Source of the DNA: Squalus acanthias
Taxonomy: Eukaryota
DNA: 64,000 nt
Assembly: GCA_030390025.1 (NCBI GenBank)
Contig: CM059431.1
Span: 132,806,001-132,870,000, forward strand
Direction: 5' to 3'
A model generated the notes under the pieces. The model saw only the letters and a program-made list of their open reading frames with translations, did no database searches and had not been told where the DNA came from. The translations under genes were made by a program, and so were the position numbers. Below are positions 24,575-37,017 of the stretch, piece after piece. Numbering within the stretch: the first letter of the stretch is position 1; every line of letters starts with the position of its first letter.

Positions 24575-25812
24575 AAAAGCGCTCTTCAATTAGACGGTGG
24601 TGAGCGTCCATCCCAGGTGTGGGCCGTCTACCTGGAAGCCTCTGGTGCTCCCCCCAGTCCTCCTCTTCCTCTTCCTCTTCCTCCTCTTCCTCTTCCTCTT
24701 CCTCCTCTTCCTCCTCTTGTGGCTCCTGAGCTTAACCCTCTGGCACAATTGCTGGTGGTAACAACTGGCCTCTCATGATTGCCAGATTGTGGAGCATGCA
24801 GCAAACCACCACAAATCTGGACACCTTCTCAGCCCAACAGTGCAGGGCACCTCCTGACCAGTCAAAACATCTAAACCTCTGCTTGAGGACCCCAGTGGTC
24901 TGCTCAATGATATTCCTGGTGGCTGACTGGCTCTCATTGTATGAGTGCTCAGCTGGTGTCTGGGGATTTCTCAGGTGACTCATGAGCTTTATCATCAGAG
25001 GGTATCCCTTGTCACCTAGTAGCCAGCCATGCACATTGCACTGGGGCTCAAAGATCAGTGGGATGGATGACTGTCTCATTATAAATGCATCGTGGCAGCA
25101 TGCTAGATAGCAGGGATACACCTGCATGATGCGCTGCCGGAATCCTCAATCCCCTTCCTGTTCCTGAACACCTCCGAGTTTAAATGAGGTGCTCGCCTGG
25201 CCACATGTGTGCAGTCAATGGCTCCCTGGACCATGGGAATCCTGCAATCCTGTCAAATCCTAGAGCTCTCTGCCTCTGGTCTTCTCTGGCAATACGCAAT
25301 GATATATAGTCATTCCTCAGAGCATATAGAGCTGCAGAGACCTCACTTAGGCAGACATGCACAGAGGATTGTGAGATGTGACTTATATCACCTATGGCAG
25401 CCTGGAAGGTTCCAGTAGCATAAAAATTAAGTGCTACTGTGACCTTGACTGCCACAGGCAATGCAGTCTTGGCTGTGCTGTGACATCTGAATCTTCCATC
25501 CACGAGGCCACAGATTTCTGTAATGACCTCCTTGGTAAAGCGCAGCCTCCTCATGCACTGGTCTTGGGTCATGTGAATGTAGGAGTATTGCCCTCTGAAG
25601 ACCCTGGGTGGATAGCGCCCCCTGCTGAGAGCCCTACTCGCTCTCCTGTCTCTCCCTCCTGCAGCAGCTGGTGCTGCTCTACCTGCCCTCATCTCCTCCA
25701 ATTCTTCATGCAGAGCAAGGGGAGCCCATAGCAAGATGCCATTACCAAGCACTTCCTTTCTCCTGGTGACTCCTATAAGGTGTCCAATAAGGTAGGGTAG
25801 CACAGCACTCAC
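24575..25812 (-). pseudogene. Harbinger transposase pseudogene (D)
   Basis: ORFs 25180-25812 and 24732-25127 (LLGDKGY, RNIIEQT), with a (GAG/GAA)n acidic tail at 24658-24718. Confidence 0.9.
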
Positions 25813-25829
25813 TCTTTTTAGGGGAATGG

Positions 25830-25904
25830 TTGCATAGTGGTAATGTCACTGGGATAGTAATCCAGAAGACTGGACTAATGATCCAGAGATGTGAGTTCAA
25901 ATCC
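25830..25904 (+). promoter_or_regulatory. Pol III type-2 internal promoter-like boxes
   Basis: A-box-like TTGCATAGTGG (25830-25840) and B box GTTCAAATCC (25895-25904). Confidence 0.7.
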
Positions 25905-25968
25905 CACCACGGCAGCTGGGGAATTTAAATTCAGTTAATTAAATAAATCTGGAATAAAAAGCTAGTAT

Positions 25969-26231
25969 TGTGGCGGATCGCCACCTAAAACGGGCATAAT
26001 CCACTCTTCCGTCTGTGGACAAATTTCCAGCACCTTCCCCTTTAAGGCACCTTACCTTTAAGGCAGAAGGGGGCAGGGCCTCAGGTTTTACCCGGCGAAT
26101 TCTGGGAGTTTTTCCAGAGAATTCTGGGAGCAGCTCTCTCAGCCATTTTGTGTGCCATGCAGTGAATTAAAGTTTTCTTGTTTTCCACATATGGATTCAG
26201 CCTCCATTCGTGTTTCGCGGCAGCCTCAACA
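25969..26231 (+). repeat. 5' LTR
   Basis: Differs from the 3' LTR by 3 substitutions and 1 indel (by eye). Confidence 0.95.
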
Positions 26232-26232
26232 T

Positions 26233-26246
26233 TGGTGACCCCGACG
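26233..26246 (+). promoter_or_regulatory. Primer-binding site, tRNA-Trp
   Basis: TGGTGACCCCGACG is complementary to the 3' end of tRNA-Trp. Confidence 0.9.
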
Positions 26247-26271
26247 CTCAGAACGTATTCCGAGCACTGCA

Positions 26272-29200
26272 ATGGCGGACACGAACGCAGTTTCCGTGAA
26301 ACTGCCGGAGTTTTGGGAAAACCAGCCCGAAGCCTGGTTTCTCCAAGCTGAATCTCGCTTCCGGCTGCGAAATATCACCACAGATGGGACGAAGTACGAC
26401 TATCTCGTCACATCACTCAGTAGCGCCGCAGTTTCCAAGGTTTGGACAACGCTGCAGAACCCACCAGAGGAAGGCAAGTACGCACATCTCAGAACAGCGC
26501 TCCTTAAAAAATTTACGGCCTCGGCATACCAGCGAAACTGCCACCTCCTCGACCTTCCAGGCCTCGGTGATGCCTCACCGTCAGACCTCCTCTCCCACAT
26601 GCTCTCCCTCACCGACGAGAGCCCACCCAGATCCCTCTTCCGCACGCTGTTCATCCGCCAGCTCCCTCTCAGCATCCGCCCAGCAATCGTGGCGTCCGGC
26701 CTGACGAACCTGGAAGCCCTGGCCGATGAGGCCGACAAGCTGCTGTCCGCTCACTCCAGCCGCGACGTCACTCCGGACCAGGCAGCCAATGCCTGGGCGC
26801 GCCCCTCACCATCCAGCACACGGCCACAAGGGCCTGTCACCAGGCCCACGGGGCCTTCACGCCCCACTAACCCGGGCCACTGTTACTACCACGCACGGTT
26901 CGGCGCCAGGGCACAACGGTGCACACCTCCCTGCTCTTTCAAGTCCGCCCCCGTTCCAGCCCCCGCGATGGCCGTGGGCCACGCGGGCTCCCTGCTGTTC
27001 GTCACGGATGACAAAACCGGCCGCCGGTTCCTGTGCGACACTGCGGCTCAGCACAGCATCATCCCGGCCTCCTCCCTCGACATCCAAAAGGGCAAACGAG
27101 GACCGGCGCTGGCTGCTGCTAACGGCTCGGAAATCCGGACGTACGGCACCCGGACAGTCACCCTCGACCTCGCTGGTCACCGCTACCGATGGGAGTTCAT
27201 CACTGCCAAGGTGCTCTCCCCCCTCATCGGCGCAGATTTCCTGTGTGCCCACGGCTTACTGGTAGACATCCCTCGTCACCGCCTCGTGGACATGAACACC
27301 ATGTCCCCCATCCTGGGTGCCATGGCCCCCCGTCAACCCGCCGACATGGTGTCACAGTGCCACGCCCGGGCCACGGATGACTACTCGGCACTCCTGGCCG
27401 AATTCCAGCCCTTACCAATCCGACCTTCTCCGCGGAGGCCGTCAAACACGGGGTGGAACACTTCATCCCCACCACAGGCCCCCCAGTGTACGCCCACGCC
27501 CGCAGGCTGGACCCGGCCAAACTGGAGATCGCGCGGACCGAGTTTGCCACCATGGAACAGCTCGGCATCATCCGCCGCTCCAACAGTCCCTGGGCCTCCC
27601 CACTCCACATCGCCCCCAAACCAGGCGGAGGTTGGCGCCCCTGCGGGGATTATCGCCGCCTCAATGACGCCACCACCCCTGATCGGTACCCCATGCCGCA
27701 CATTCAGGACTTCTCGGCTAGACTGGCCGGCCGCTCAGTCTTTTCCAAGGTCGACCTGGTGCGCGGCTACCACCAAGTCCCCGTCCACCCCGCGGACGTC
27801 CCCAAGACGGCCGTAATCACCCCCTTCGGCCTGTTCGAGTTCCTGCAGATGCCCTTCGGCCTCAAAAACGCGGCCCAGGCATTCCAACGGCTCATGGACT
27901 CGGTCCTTCGGGACCTGAAGTTCCTGTTCGTCTACCTGGACGACATCCTGGTAGCCAGTTCCTCCAAGCAGGAACACCTCGAACACCTTCGCATCCTGTT
28001 CGGGCGCCTCAGCGACCACGGGCTCATCCTCAGCCCAGCCAAATGCCAGTTCGGCCTGGACAAGATCGACTTCCTCGGCCACCACATCACCCATGCTGGG
28101 GCCATTCCCCTGCCCACCAAGGTGCAGGCCGTTCAACAATTTCCTCGCCCCACCACCATCAAAGGCCTCCAGGAGTTCCTTGGGATGGTGAATTTCTATA
28201 ACCGCTTCATCCCCAAAGCGGCGTCCCTCATGAGGCCCCTGTATGAAGCCCTCCGGGGCAGGAGCGGCAAGATGGCGGTCGAATGGACGGCAGATGCGTC
28301 CGCCGCCTTCGATTCCACCAAGACCGCGCTCGCCAACACCACCCTGCTCGCGCACCCACGGCCCAATGCCAGGGTAGCGCTCACCACGGACGCCTCCGAC
28401 CACGCGGTCGGCGCCGTGTATGAGCAGTGGGTCGACGGCGCCTGGCAACCACTTGCCTTCTTCAGCCGCCAACTACGCCCCACGGAGGTCAAGTACAGCA
28501 CCTTCGACTGCGAGCTCCTCGCGCTGTTCCTGGCGGTCCGCCATTTCCGGTTTTTGCTTGAGGGCCACCCCTTCACTGCGTTTGTCGACCACAAGCCCCT
28601 GACATTCGCAATGGCAAAGACAACCGACCCCTGGTCCGCCAGGCAGCAGCGCCAGCTCGCGGCAGTGTCCGAGTTCACCACGGACATCCAACACGTCTCC
28701 GGCCGAGACAATGTGGTAGCCGACTGCCTCTCCCGCCCCGCCATCCACGCCGCACACCTAGCAGTCGACTACGCTCAACTCGCAGCAGACCAGATCACCG
28801 ACCCTGATCTGCTCTCCGCACCCACCAACCTACCAGGGCTACGCCTGGCCGACGTCGCCTGTGGCCCGACCGCAGTCACGGTCAAGTGCGACATATCCCT
28901 ATGTCAACCTCGGCCCGTCGTCCCAGCGTCCTGGCGCCGCCGGGTATTCGACATTCTCCACAACCTCTCCCACCCCGGCGCCCGCGCATCCATCAAATTG
29001 GTAGCCAACTGCTTTGTCTGGCGCGGCCTTCGCAAGGATGTGCGTACTTGGGCCAACTCCTGCCTAGCCTGCCAACGGGCCAAGGTACAGCAACACACGA
29101 AAGCACCCCTCGAGGAGTTTACCGTCCCCTCGCGGAGATTCGACCACATCCACGTGGACATCGTCGGGTCCCCTGCCGCCGTCGCAAGGCCACACGCACT

Positions 29201-30084
29201 TGCTGACCATCGTTGACCGCACCACACGCTGGCCTGAGGCAATTCCACTGACCTCTACCACCACCGCCGACATCGCCAGAGCCTTCGTCAGCACCTGGGT
29301 CGCACGGTTCGGCGTCCCCTCCGACATGACGTCGGACAGAGGTCCGCAATTTACCTCTGAACTCTGGACTGCCGTCGCACGCAATCTCGGGGTGACCATT
29401 CACCGCACCACAGCGTACCACTCCCAAGCCAACGGATTGTGTGAGCGGTTCCACAGATCCTTGAAGGCATCTCTTCGAGCCAGCCTCCAAGATGGCGCCT
29501 GGACCGACCGACTTCCGTGGGTCCTCCTCGGCCTGCGCACCGCGGTTAAAGAAGACCTCCACGCATCGGCAGCAGAGCTCGTGTACGGTCATCCGCTGTG
29601 CGTACCCGGTGAGTTCCTGCCCACCGCCACGACACCCTGGTCAGCCGACCAGCAACGCCACGACTTCGCCTCACCGGCGCTGCAGTTCGCCCCGGTGCCC
29701 ATTGCCCGACACGGCGAATCCACCTCACACGTCCCACTAAGCCTGCACCAGGCACGGTTTGTTTTCGTCTGGCACTACGCCCACCGCGGACCCCTTCAAC
29801 CCCCGTACGACGGGCCCTACAAGGTGCTACAGGCTGGGGACAAATTTTTCACCCTGCAAGTGGGCGATAGGACTGAAAAAGTGTCGGTGGACCGACTGAA
29901 GCCAGCACACTCGGAGCCTGGGGAGCAGGTCCCTGTAGCTCGTCCACCTCCACGCGGCCGACCTGCCCTCAAGCCGGTTCACCCAGGCTGCTCCACGCCC
30001 AGCCGTTCCACGTCCACCGGCGTCCTACAAGAGCCGCTCCGGCCGGCCCATCAGACCGCCGCACCGTCTCGTCCACACCTCCTA
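26272..30084 (+). pseudogene. gag-pol: gag-pol polyprotein with three frameshifts (~27405, ~29168, ~29960-30020)
   Basis: Gag knuckle C-X2-H-X9-C-X3-C (CYYHARFGARAQRCTPPC), protease FLCDTAA, RT YLDD, RNase H TDAS, integrase H-H-C-C plus D/SDRG/E, and GPY motif. A C-terminal SRSGR motif ends at TAA 30084. Confidence 0.9.
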
Positions 30085-30105
30085 AGCGGATTCTGGGGGG
30101 AGCTG

Positions 30106-30367
30106 TGTGGCGGATCGCCACCTAAAACGGGCATAATCCACTCTTCCGTCTGTGGACAAATTTCCAGCACCTTCCCTTTAAGGCACCTTACCTTTAAGGC
30201 AGAAGGGGGCGGGGCCTCAGGTTTTACCCAGAGAATTCTGGGAGTTTTTCCAGAGAATTCTGGGAGCAGCTCTCTCAGCCATTTTGTGTGCCATGCAGTG
30301 AATTAAAGTTTTCTTGTTTTCCACATATGGATTCAGCCTCCATTCGTGTTTCGCGGCAGCCTCAACA
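30106..30367 (+). repeat. 3' LTR (preceded by polypurine tract GGGGGGAG)
   Basis: Direct repeat of 25969-26231. Confidence 0.95.
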
Positions 30368-32193
30368 GTATCAGTAATGGTGACCATGAAACTTACCGGA
30401 CTGTCATTAAAAACCCATCTGGTTCACTAATGTCCTTTAGGGAAGGAAATCTGCCGTCTTTACCTGGTCTGGCCTATATGACTCCAGACCCACAGCAATG
30501 TGGTTGATTCTTAACTGCCCTCTGAAATGGCCTAGCAAGCCACTCAGTTGTAACAACCGCTACGAAACAAAATAATAAAAATGAAATCAGACAGACCACT
30601 TGGCACCAGCTACGGACATGGCAATGGCAACAGCACACCCAGCCCAGTCAACCCTGCAAAGTCCTCCTCTGGGGACTTGGGCCAAAATTGGGAGAGCTGT
30701 CCCACAGACTAGTCAAGCAACAGCCTGACATAGCTCATACTCACATAATCATACCTTTCAGCCAATGTCCCAAACTCCTCCATCACCATCCCTGGGTATG
30801 TTCTATCCCACCAGCAGGACAGACCCACCAGGGGTGGCGGCACAGTGGTATACAGTCGGGAAGGAGTGGCCCCTGGGAGTCCTCAACATTGACTCCGGAC
30901 CCCATGAAGTCTCATGGCTTCAGGTGAAGCATGGACAAGTAAACTTCTGCTGATTACCACCTACCGCCCTCCCTCAGCTGATGAATCAGTACTCCTCCAT
31001 GTTGAACACCACTTGGAAGAAACACTGAGAGTCGCAAGGGCACAGAATGTACTCTGGGCGAGGGATTTCAATGTCCATCACCAAGAGTGGCTCGGTAGCA
31101 CCAGCACTGACTGAGCTGGCTGAGTCCTGAAGGACATAGCTGCCAGTCTGGGCCTGTGACAGGTGGTGAGAGAACCAACACGAGGGAAAAACCTACTTGA
31201 CCTCGTCCTCACCCAACTACCTGTTGCAGATGCATCTGTCCATGACAGTACTGGTAGCAGTGACCACCGCACAGTCATTGTGGAGATGAAGTCCCGTCTT
31301 CACACTGAGGACACCCTCAATCGTGTTGTGTGGCACTACCACCGTGCTAAATGGGATAGATTCAGAACAGATCTAGCAGCTCAGAACTGGGCATCCATGA
31401 GGCGCTGTGAGCCATCAGCAGCAGCAGAATTGTATTCCACCACAATCTGTAACCTCATGGCCCGGCATATCCCTCACTCTACCATTACCATCAAGCCAGG
31501 GGATCGACCCTGGTTCAATAAGGAGTGTAGAAGAGCATGCCAGGAGTAGCACCAGGCGTACCAAAAAATGAGGTGCCAACCTGGGGAAACTGCAACATGC
31601 ACTCCTAAAAAGCAGAAGCAGCATGCTATAGACAGGGCTAAGTGATTCCACAATAAACAGATCAGATCAAAGCTCTGCAGTCCTGCCACATCCAGTCGTG
31701 AATGGTGGTGGACCATTAAACAACTAACGGGAGGAGGAGGCTCCTCCATGAATATCCCCATCCTCAATGATGGTGGAACCCAGCACGTGAGCGCAAAAGA
31801 CAAGGCTGACGCGTTTGCAACCATCTTCAGTCAGAAGTGCCGAGTGGATGATCCATATCGGCCTACTCCTGAGGTCCCCACCATCACAGAAGCCAGTCTT
31901 CAGCCAATTCGATTCACTCCACGTGATATCAAGAAACGGCTGAGCGCACTGGATACAGCAAAGGCTATGGGCCCTGACAACATCCTGGCTATCATGCTGA
32001 AGACTTGTGCGCCAGAACTAGCCGCGCCTCTAGCCGAGCTGTTCCAGTACAGCTACAACACTGGCATCTATCCGACAATCTGGAAAACTGCCCAGGTATG
32101 TCCTGTCCAAAAAAGCAGGACAAATCCAATCAGGCCAATTACCGCCCCATCAGTCTACTCTCAATCATCAGCAAAGTGATGGAAGGTGTCATC

Positions 32194-33447
32194 TTTTGAG
32201 GAGGTAACAAGGAGGGTAGATGACGGGTAGTGCGTTTGATGTAGTGTATATGGACTTTAGCAAGGCTTTTGATAAGGTTCCACATGGCAGACTGGTCACG
32301 AAGTTAAAAGTCCATGGGATCCGGGGCAAAGTGTCAAGTTGGATTTAAAACTGGCTCGGAGACAGGAAGCAGAGGGTAATGGTTGATGGGTGTTTTTGTG
32401 ACTGGAAGGCTGTTGCCAGTGGGGTTCTGCAGGGCTCAGTACTAGGTCCCTTGCTTTTTGTGGTATATATCAACGATCTTGACTTGAATATAGGGGGTAT
32501 GATTAAAAAGTTTGCAGATGATACTAAAATCGGCTGTGTGGTTGATACTGAAGAAGGAAGCTGTAGACTGCAGGAAGATATCAATAAATTGGTCAGGTGG
32601 GCAGAACAGTAGCAAATGGAATTCAATCTGGAGAAGTGTGAGGTAATGCATTTGGGGAGGGCTAACAAGGAAAGGGAATACACATTAAATGGTAGGACAC
32701 TGAGTAGTGTAAAGGAACAAAGGGACCTTGGAGTGCATGTCCACAGAACCCTGAAGGTAGCAGGCCAAGTAGATAAGGTGGTTAAGAAGGCATACGGAAT
32801 GCTTGCCTTTATTAGCCATGCCATAGAATACAAGAGCAGGAGAGTTATGCTTCAACTGTATAAAACACTAGTTAGGCCTCAGCTAGAGTACTGCGTGCAG
32901 TTCTGGTCACCACATTACAAGAAAGATGTGATTGCACTAGAGAGGGTACAGAGGAGATTTACGAGGATGTTGCCGGGAGTAGAGAATCTTAGCTATGAGG
33001 AAAGACTGGGTAGGCTGGGTCTGTTTTCCTTGGAACAGAGGAAGCTGAGGGGAGACCTTATTGAGGTGTATAAAATTATGAGGGGCATAGATAAAGTGGT
33101 TAGAAAGGATCTATTTCCCTCAGCAGAGGGGTCAAAAACCAGGGGGCACAGATTTAAAGTAATTGGGGGAAGGTTTAGAGCGGATTTGAGGGGAAATTTC
33201 TTCACCCAGAGGGTTGTGGGGGTCTGGAACTCACTGCCTGAAAGGGTGGTAGAGGCAGGAACCCTAACCACATTTAAAAAGTACTTGGATGTGCTCTTGG
33301 GATGCTCTAACCTGCAGGGCTATGGACCAAGAGCTGGGAAGTGGGATTAGGCTGGAAAGCTCTTTGTTGGCCGGCGCGGACACGATGGGCCGAAATGGCC
33401 TCCTTCTGTGCTGTAACTTTCTATGATTCTTTCTATGATTCTATGAT
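32194..33447 (+). mobile_element. 5'-truncated CR1 LINE
   Basis: RT C-terminal ORFs 32379-32612 and 32616-33350, (TTCTATGA)n tail, and TCATC on both sides. Confidence 0.9.
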
Positions 33448-34981
33448 TCATCGACAGTGCTATCAAGTGGCACTTACCAATAACCTGCTCACTGATGCCC
33501 AGTTTGGGTTCCGCCAAGAGCACTCAGCTCCCGACCTCATTACAGCCTTGATCCAAACATGGACAAAGGAGCTAAATTCCAGAGGAGAACTGAGAGTGAC
33601 TGCCTTGACATCAAGGCAGCATTTGACCGAGTGTGGCATCAAGGAGCCCTAGTGAAACTGAAGTCAATGGGATCGGGGGGAAAACTCTCCACTGGTTGGA
33701 GTCATACCTAGCACAAAGGAAGATGGTTGTGGTGATTGAAGGTCAATCATCACAGCCACAGGACATCGCTGCAGGAGTTCCTCAGGGCAGTGTCCTAGGC
33801 CCAACCATCTTCAGCTGCCTCATCAATGACCTTCTCTCCAACATAACGTCATAAATGGGGATGTTCGCTGATGACTGCACAGTGTTCAGTGCCATTCACA
33901 ACTCCTCAGATAATGAAGCAGTCCATGCCTGCATGCAACAAGACTTGAACGACATTCAGGCTTGGGCTGATAAGTGGCAGGTAACACTCGCACCACACAA
34001 GTGCCAGGCAATGACTATCTCCAACAAGCGAGAGTCTAACCACCGCCCCTTGACATTCAATGGCATTACCATCGCCGAATCCCCCACCATCAATATCCTG
34101 GAGGTCACCATTGACCAGAAGCTTAACTGGACCAGCCACATAAATACTGTGGCAACAAGAGCAGGTCAGAGGCTAGGTATTCTGTGGCGAGTGTCTCACC
34201 TACTGACTCCCCAAAGCCTTTCTACCATCTACAAGGCACAAGTCAGGAGTGTGATGGAATACTCTCCACTTGCCTGGATGAGTGCAGCTCCAATAACACG
34301 CAAGAAGCTCGACATCATCCAGGACAAAGCAGCCCGATAGATTGGAACCCCATCCACCACCTTAAACATTCACTCCCTCCACCACCGGCGTATCGTGGCT
34401 GCAGTGTTTACCATCTACAAGATGCACTGCAGCAACGCACCAAGGCTTCTTCGGCAGCACCTCCCAAACCCGCGACCTCTTCCACCTAGAAGGACAAGGG
34501 CAGCAGACGCATGGGAACACCACCACCTCCAAGTTCCCCTCCAAGTCACACACCATCCTGACTTAGAAGTATATCACCAATCCTTCATCGTCGCTGGGTC
34601 AAAATCCTGGAACTCCATACTTAACAGCACTATGGGTGTACCTTCACCACATGGACTGCAGCGGTTCAAGAAGGCGGCTCACCACCACCTTCTCAAGAGC
34701 AATTAGGGATGGGCAATAAATGTTGGCCTTGCCAGCGATGCCCACATCCCATAAAATGAATTTAAAAAAAGATCAAGTCCTGAGAGAATTTCCGGACAAA
34801 ATGTTGATTGAGTGTTGGTGAAATCCTGACAAAGTTTGCCGGAAGGTCTCCCGATGTGTCTCAACAGTCCTGTTCAAACGTAGTATAGTCAATTGATCTC
34901 ACTCAGCAAGTCAACATTGAAAGCTGACTGTGGCTTTAAGTAGCGCTCAAAATCCTCAGCAAGGACTTGATTACTTGAGAA

Positions 34982-36910
34982 CTTATCTCTTCCTATCTCG
35001 ACTCTATTTTTTCTCCCCCTTGTACAGTGTCTTCCCACCTACATCCGCGACTCTTCCGACGCCCTCCGCCACTTTAACAGTTTCCAGTTTCCTGGCCCCA
35101 ACCATCTCCTTTTCACTATGGACGTACAATCCCTCTACACCTCCATCCCCCACCAGGATGGCCTGAGGGCGCTCCGCTTCTTCCTTGAACAGAGGCCCAA
35201 CCAGTGCACATCCACCACCACCCTCCTCCGCCTGGCTGAACTTGTTCTCACATTGAATAACTTCTCCTTTGACTCCACTCATTTCCTCCAAATCAAAGGT
35301 GTTGCTATGGGTACCCGCATGGGTCCTAGCTATGCCTGCCTTTTCATGGGATATGTGGAACACTCTTTGTTCCAGTCCTACTCGGGTCCCCTCCCTCACC
35401 TCTTTTTCCGGTACATTGATGACTGTATCGGTGCCGTTTCCTGCTCTCGCCCTGAACTAGATAATTTCATTCACTTTGCTTCCAATTTCCACCCTTCCCT
35501 CACCTTCACATGGTCCATCTCCGACTCTTCCCTTCCCTTCCTCGACTTCTCCGTCTCCATCTCTGGGGATAGGTTATTGACAAACATTCACTACAAGCCC
35601 ACTAACTCCCACAGCTACCTGGACTACACTTCCTCCCACCCTGCCTCCTGTAAGGACTCTATTCCATTCTCCCAGTTTCTCCATCTCCGCCGCATCTGCT
35701 CTGACGATGCCACCTTCCATACCAGTGCTTCCGACATGTCTTCCTTTTTCCTCAACCGAGGATTTCCCTCTACAGTGGTTGACACGGCCCTCGACCGTGT
35801 CTGTTCTATCTCCCGCACTTCTGCCCTCACCCCTGCCCCTCCCTCCCGGAACCACGATAGAGTTCCCCTTGTCCTCACCTTTCACCCCACCAGCCTCCAC
35901 ATTCAACGGATCATCCTCCGCTATTTCCGCCACCTCCAGCATGATCCCACTACCAAACGCATCTTCCCCTCACGTCCCCTTTCAGCATTCCGTAGGGACC
36001 GCTCCCTCCGCGACACCCTAGTCCACTCCTCTATCACCTCCAGCACCCCTTCCCCTTCGCCTAGCACCTTCCCGTGCAAGCGCAGGAGATGCAACACATG
36101 CCCTTATACCTCCCCCCCTTCCCACTGTCCAGGGCCCCAAACACCCCTTCCAGGTGAAACAGTGATTTACTTGTACTTATGCAATCTAGTATACTGTATT
36201 CGCTGCTCACGATGTGGTCTCCTCTACATTGGGGAGACCAAACGCAGATTGGGTGACCGCTTTGTGGAACACCTCCGTTCAGTCCGTAAGGGGGACCCCG
36301 AGCTCCCGGTGGCCTGTCACTTTAATTCACTGCTCCACTCCCACTCAGACCTCACCGTCCTTGGCCTCTTGCATTGTTCCACGGAAGCTCAACGTAAGCT
36401 TGAGGAACAGCACCTCATCTTTCGATTAGGCACTTTACAGCCTTCTGGTCTCAACATAGAGTTCAACAATTTCAGATCATAACCTCGGCCCCTATCACAT
36501 TTATATTTTTTATCCACACTTTTTGTTTGTGCCTTTTGTTCTTCCCTCCCACATGGCAGCTGTCTTTCATTCTGCCAGCGCAATTCACACCCTATCTAGA
36601 GCCATCCTTTGTTTCTTAACCCGTCCCATTACCATCTCCTTTTGCCTTGAATATCTCTTAATGTCTCTTAATCTCTCCTGCCTTCTATCCTATCACAGAC
36701 CTTCCCTTTTGTTCTTTCATCCCCTCCCCCAATTCCCAGCCCCTTACTTGCTTTAAAATCTGTTCCATTTCCTGCTTTTTTCCAGTTCTGACAAAAGGTC
36801 ATCGACCTGAAACGTTAACTCTGTTTCTCTCTTCACAGATGCTGCCTGACCTGCTGAGTTCCTCCAGCATTTTTATTTCAGATTTCCAGCATCTGCAGTA
36901 TTTTCTTTTT
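34982..36910 (+). mobile_element. 5'-truncated Penelope-like element
   Basis: RT plus GIY-YIG ORF, followed by a terminal repeat with a hammerhead-like motif at 36784-36820. Confidence 0.9.
35118..36482 (+). pseudogene. Penelope RT and GIY-YIG endonuclease (truncated)
   Basis: MDVQSLYT, GVAMG and RYIDD motifs, then NLVYCIRCSRCGLLYIGETKRRL. Probable compensating frameshifts near 36110-36180. Confidence 0.88.
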
Positions 36911-37017
36911 CATTACTCCTGTTCAGCTGGTTGCAGTTAGGAGAGGTTGTTAAATGAAGCGTTACCCACCAAAATGATTTGCAGCCTCTTTAATGAGCAC
37001 TAGCAGGCGATTTGATT

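Larger units (their letters stand above)
25969..30367 (+). mobile_element. Full-length Ty3/Gypsy LTR retrotransposon, CsRn1 clade (4399 bp)
   Basis: TG..CA LTRs, perfect GTAT TSD, tRNA-Trp primer-binding site (PBS), polypurine tract and gag-PR-RT-RH-IN domain order. Confidence 0.95.
25821..34770 (+). mobile_element. Full-length LINE-X: tRNA-like head plus a single APE-RT ORF and A-tail, interrupted by Gypsy (25969-30367) and CR1 (32194-33447)
   Basis: Head 25821-25968 continues at 30372. The ORF starts near ATG 30581 and has APE motifs (YRPP, DFNVHH, LDLVLT, SDH) and RT FADD. A-tail at 34764-34770. Confidence 0.85.

Noticed and set aside
25821..25915. Functional tRNA gene (also 37018-37090 and 21811-21880)
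   Set aside because: These have A/B boxes only, no clear cloverleaf, and continue into retroelement bodies.
26272..30100. Bacterial contamination suggested by high GC and many overlapping ORFs
   Set aside because: It is a Gypsy gag-pol with LTRs and a TSD, integrated in a host repeat. The antisense ORFs are by-products of high GC.
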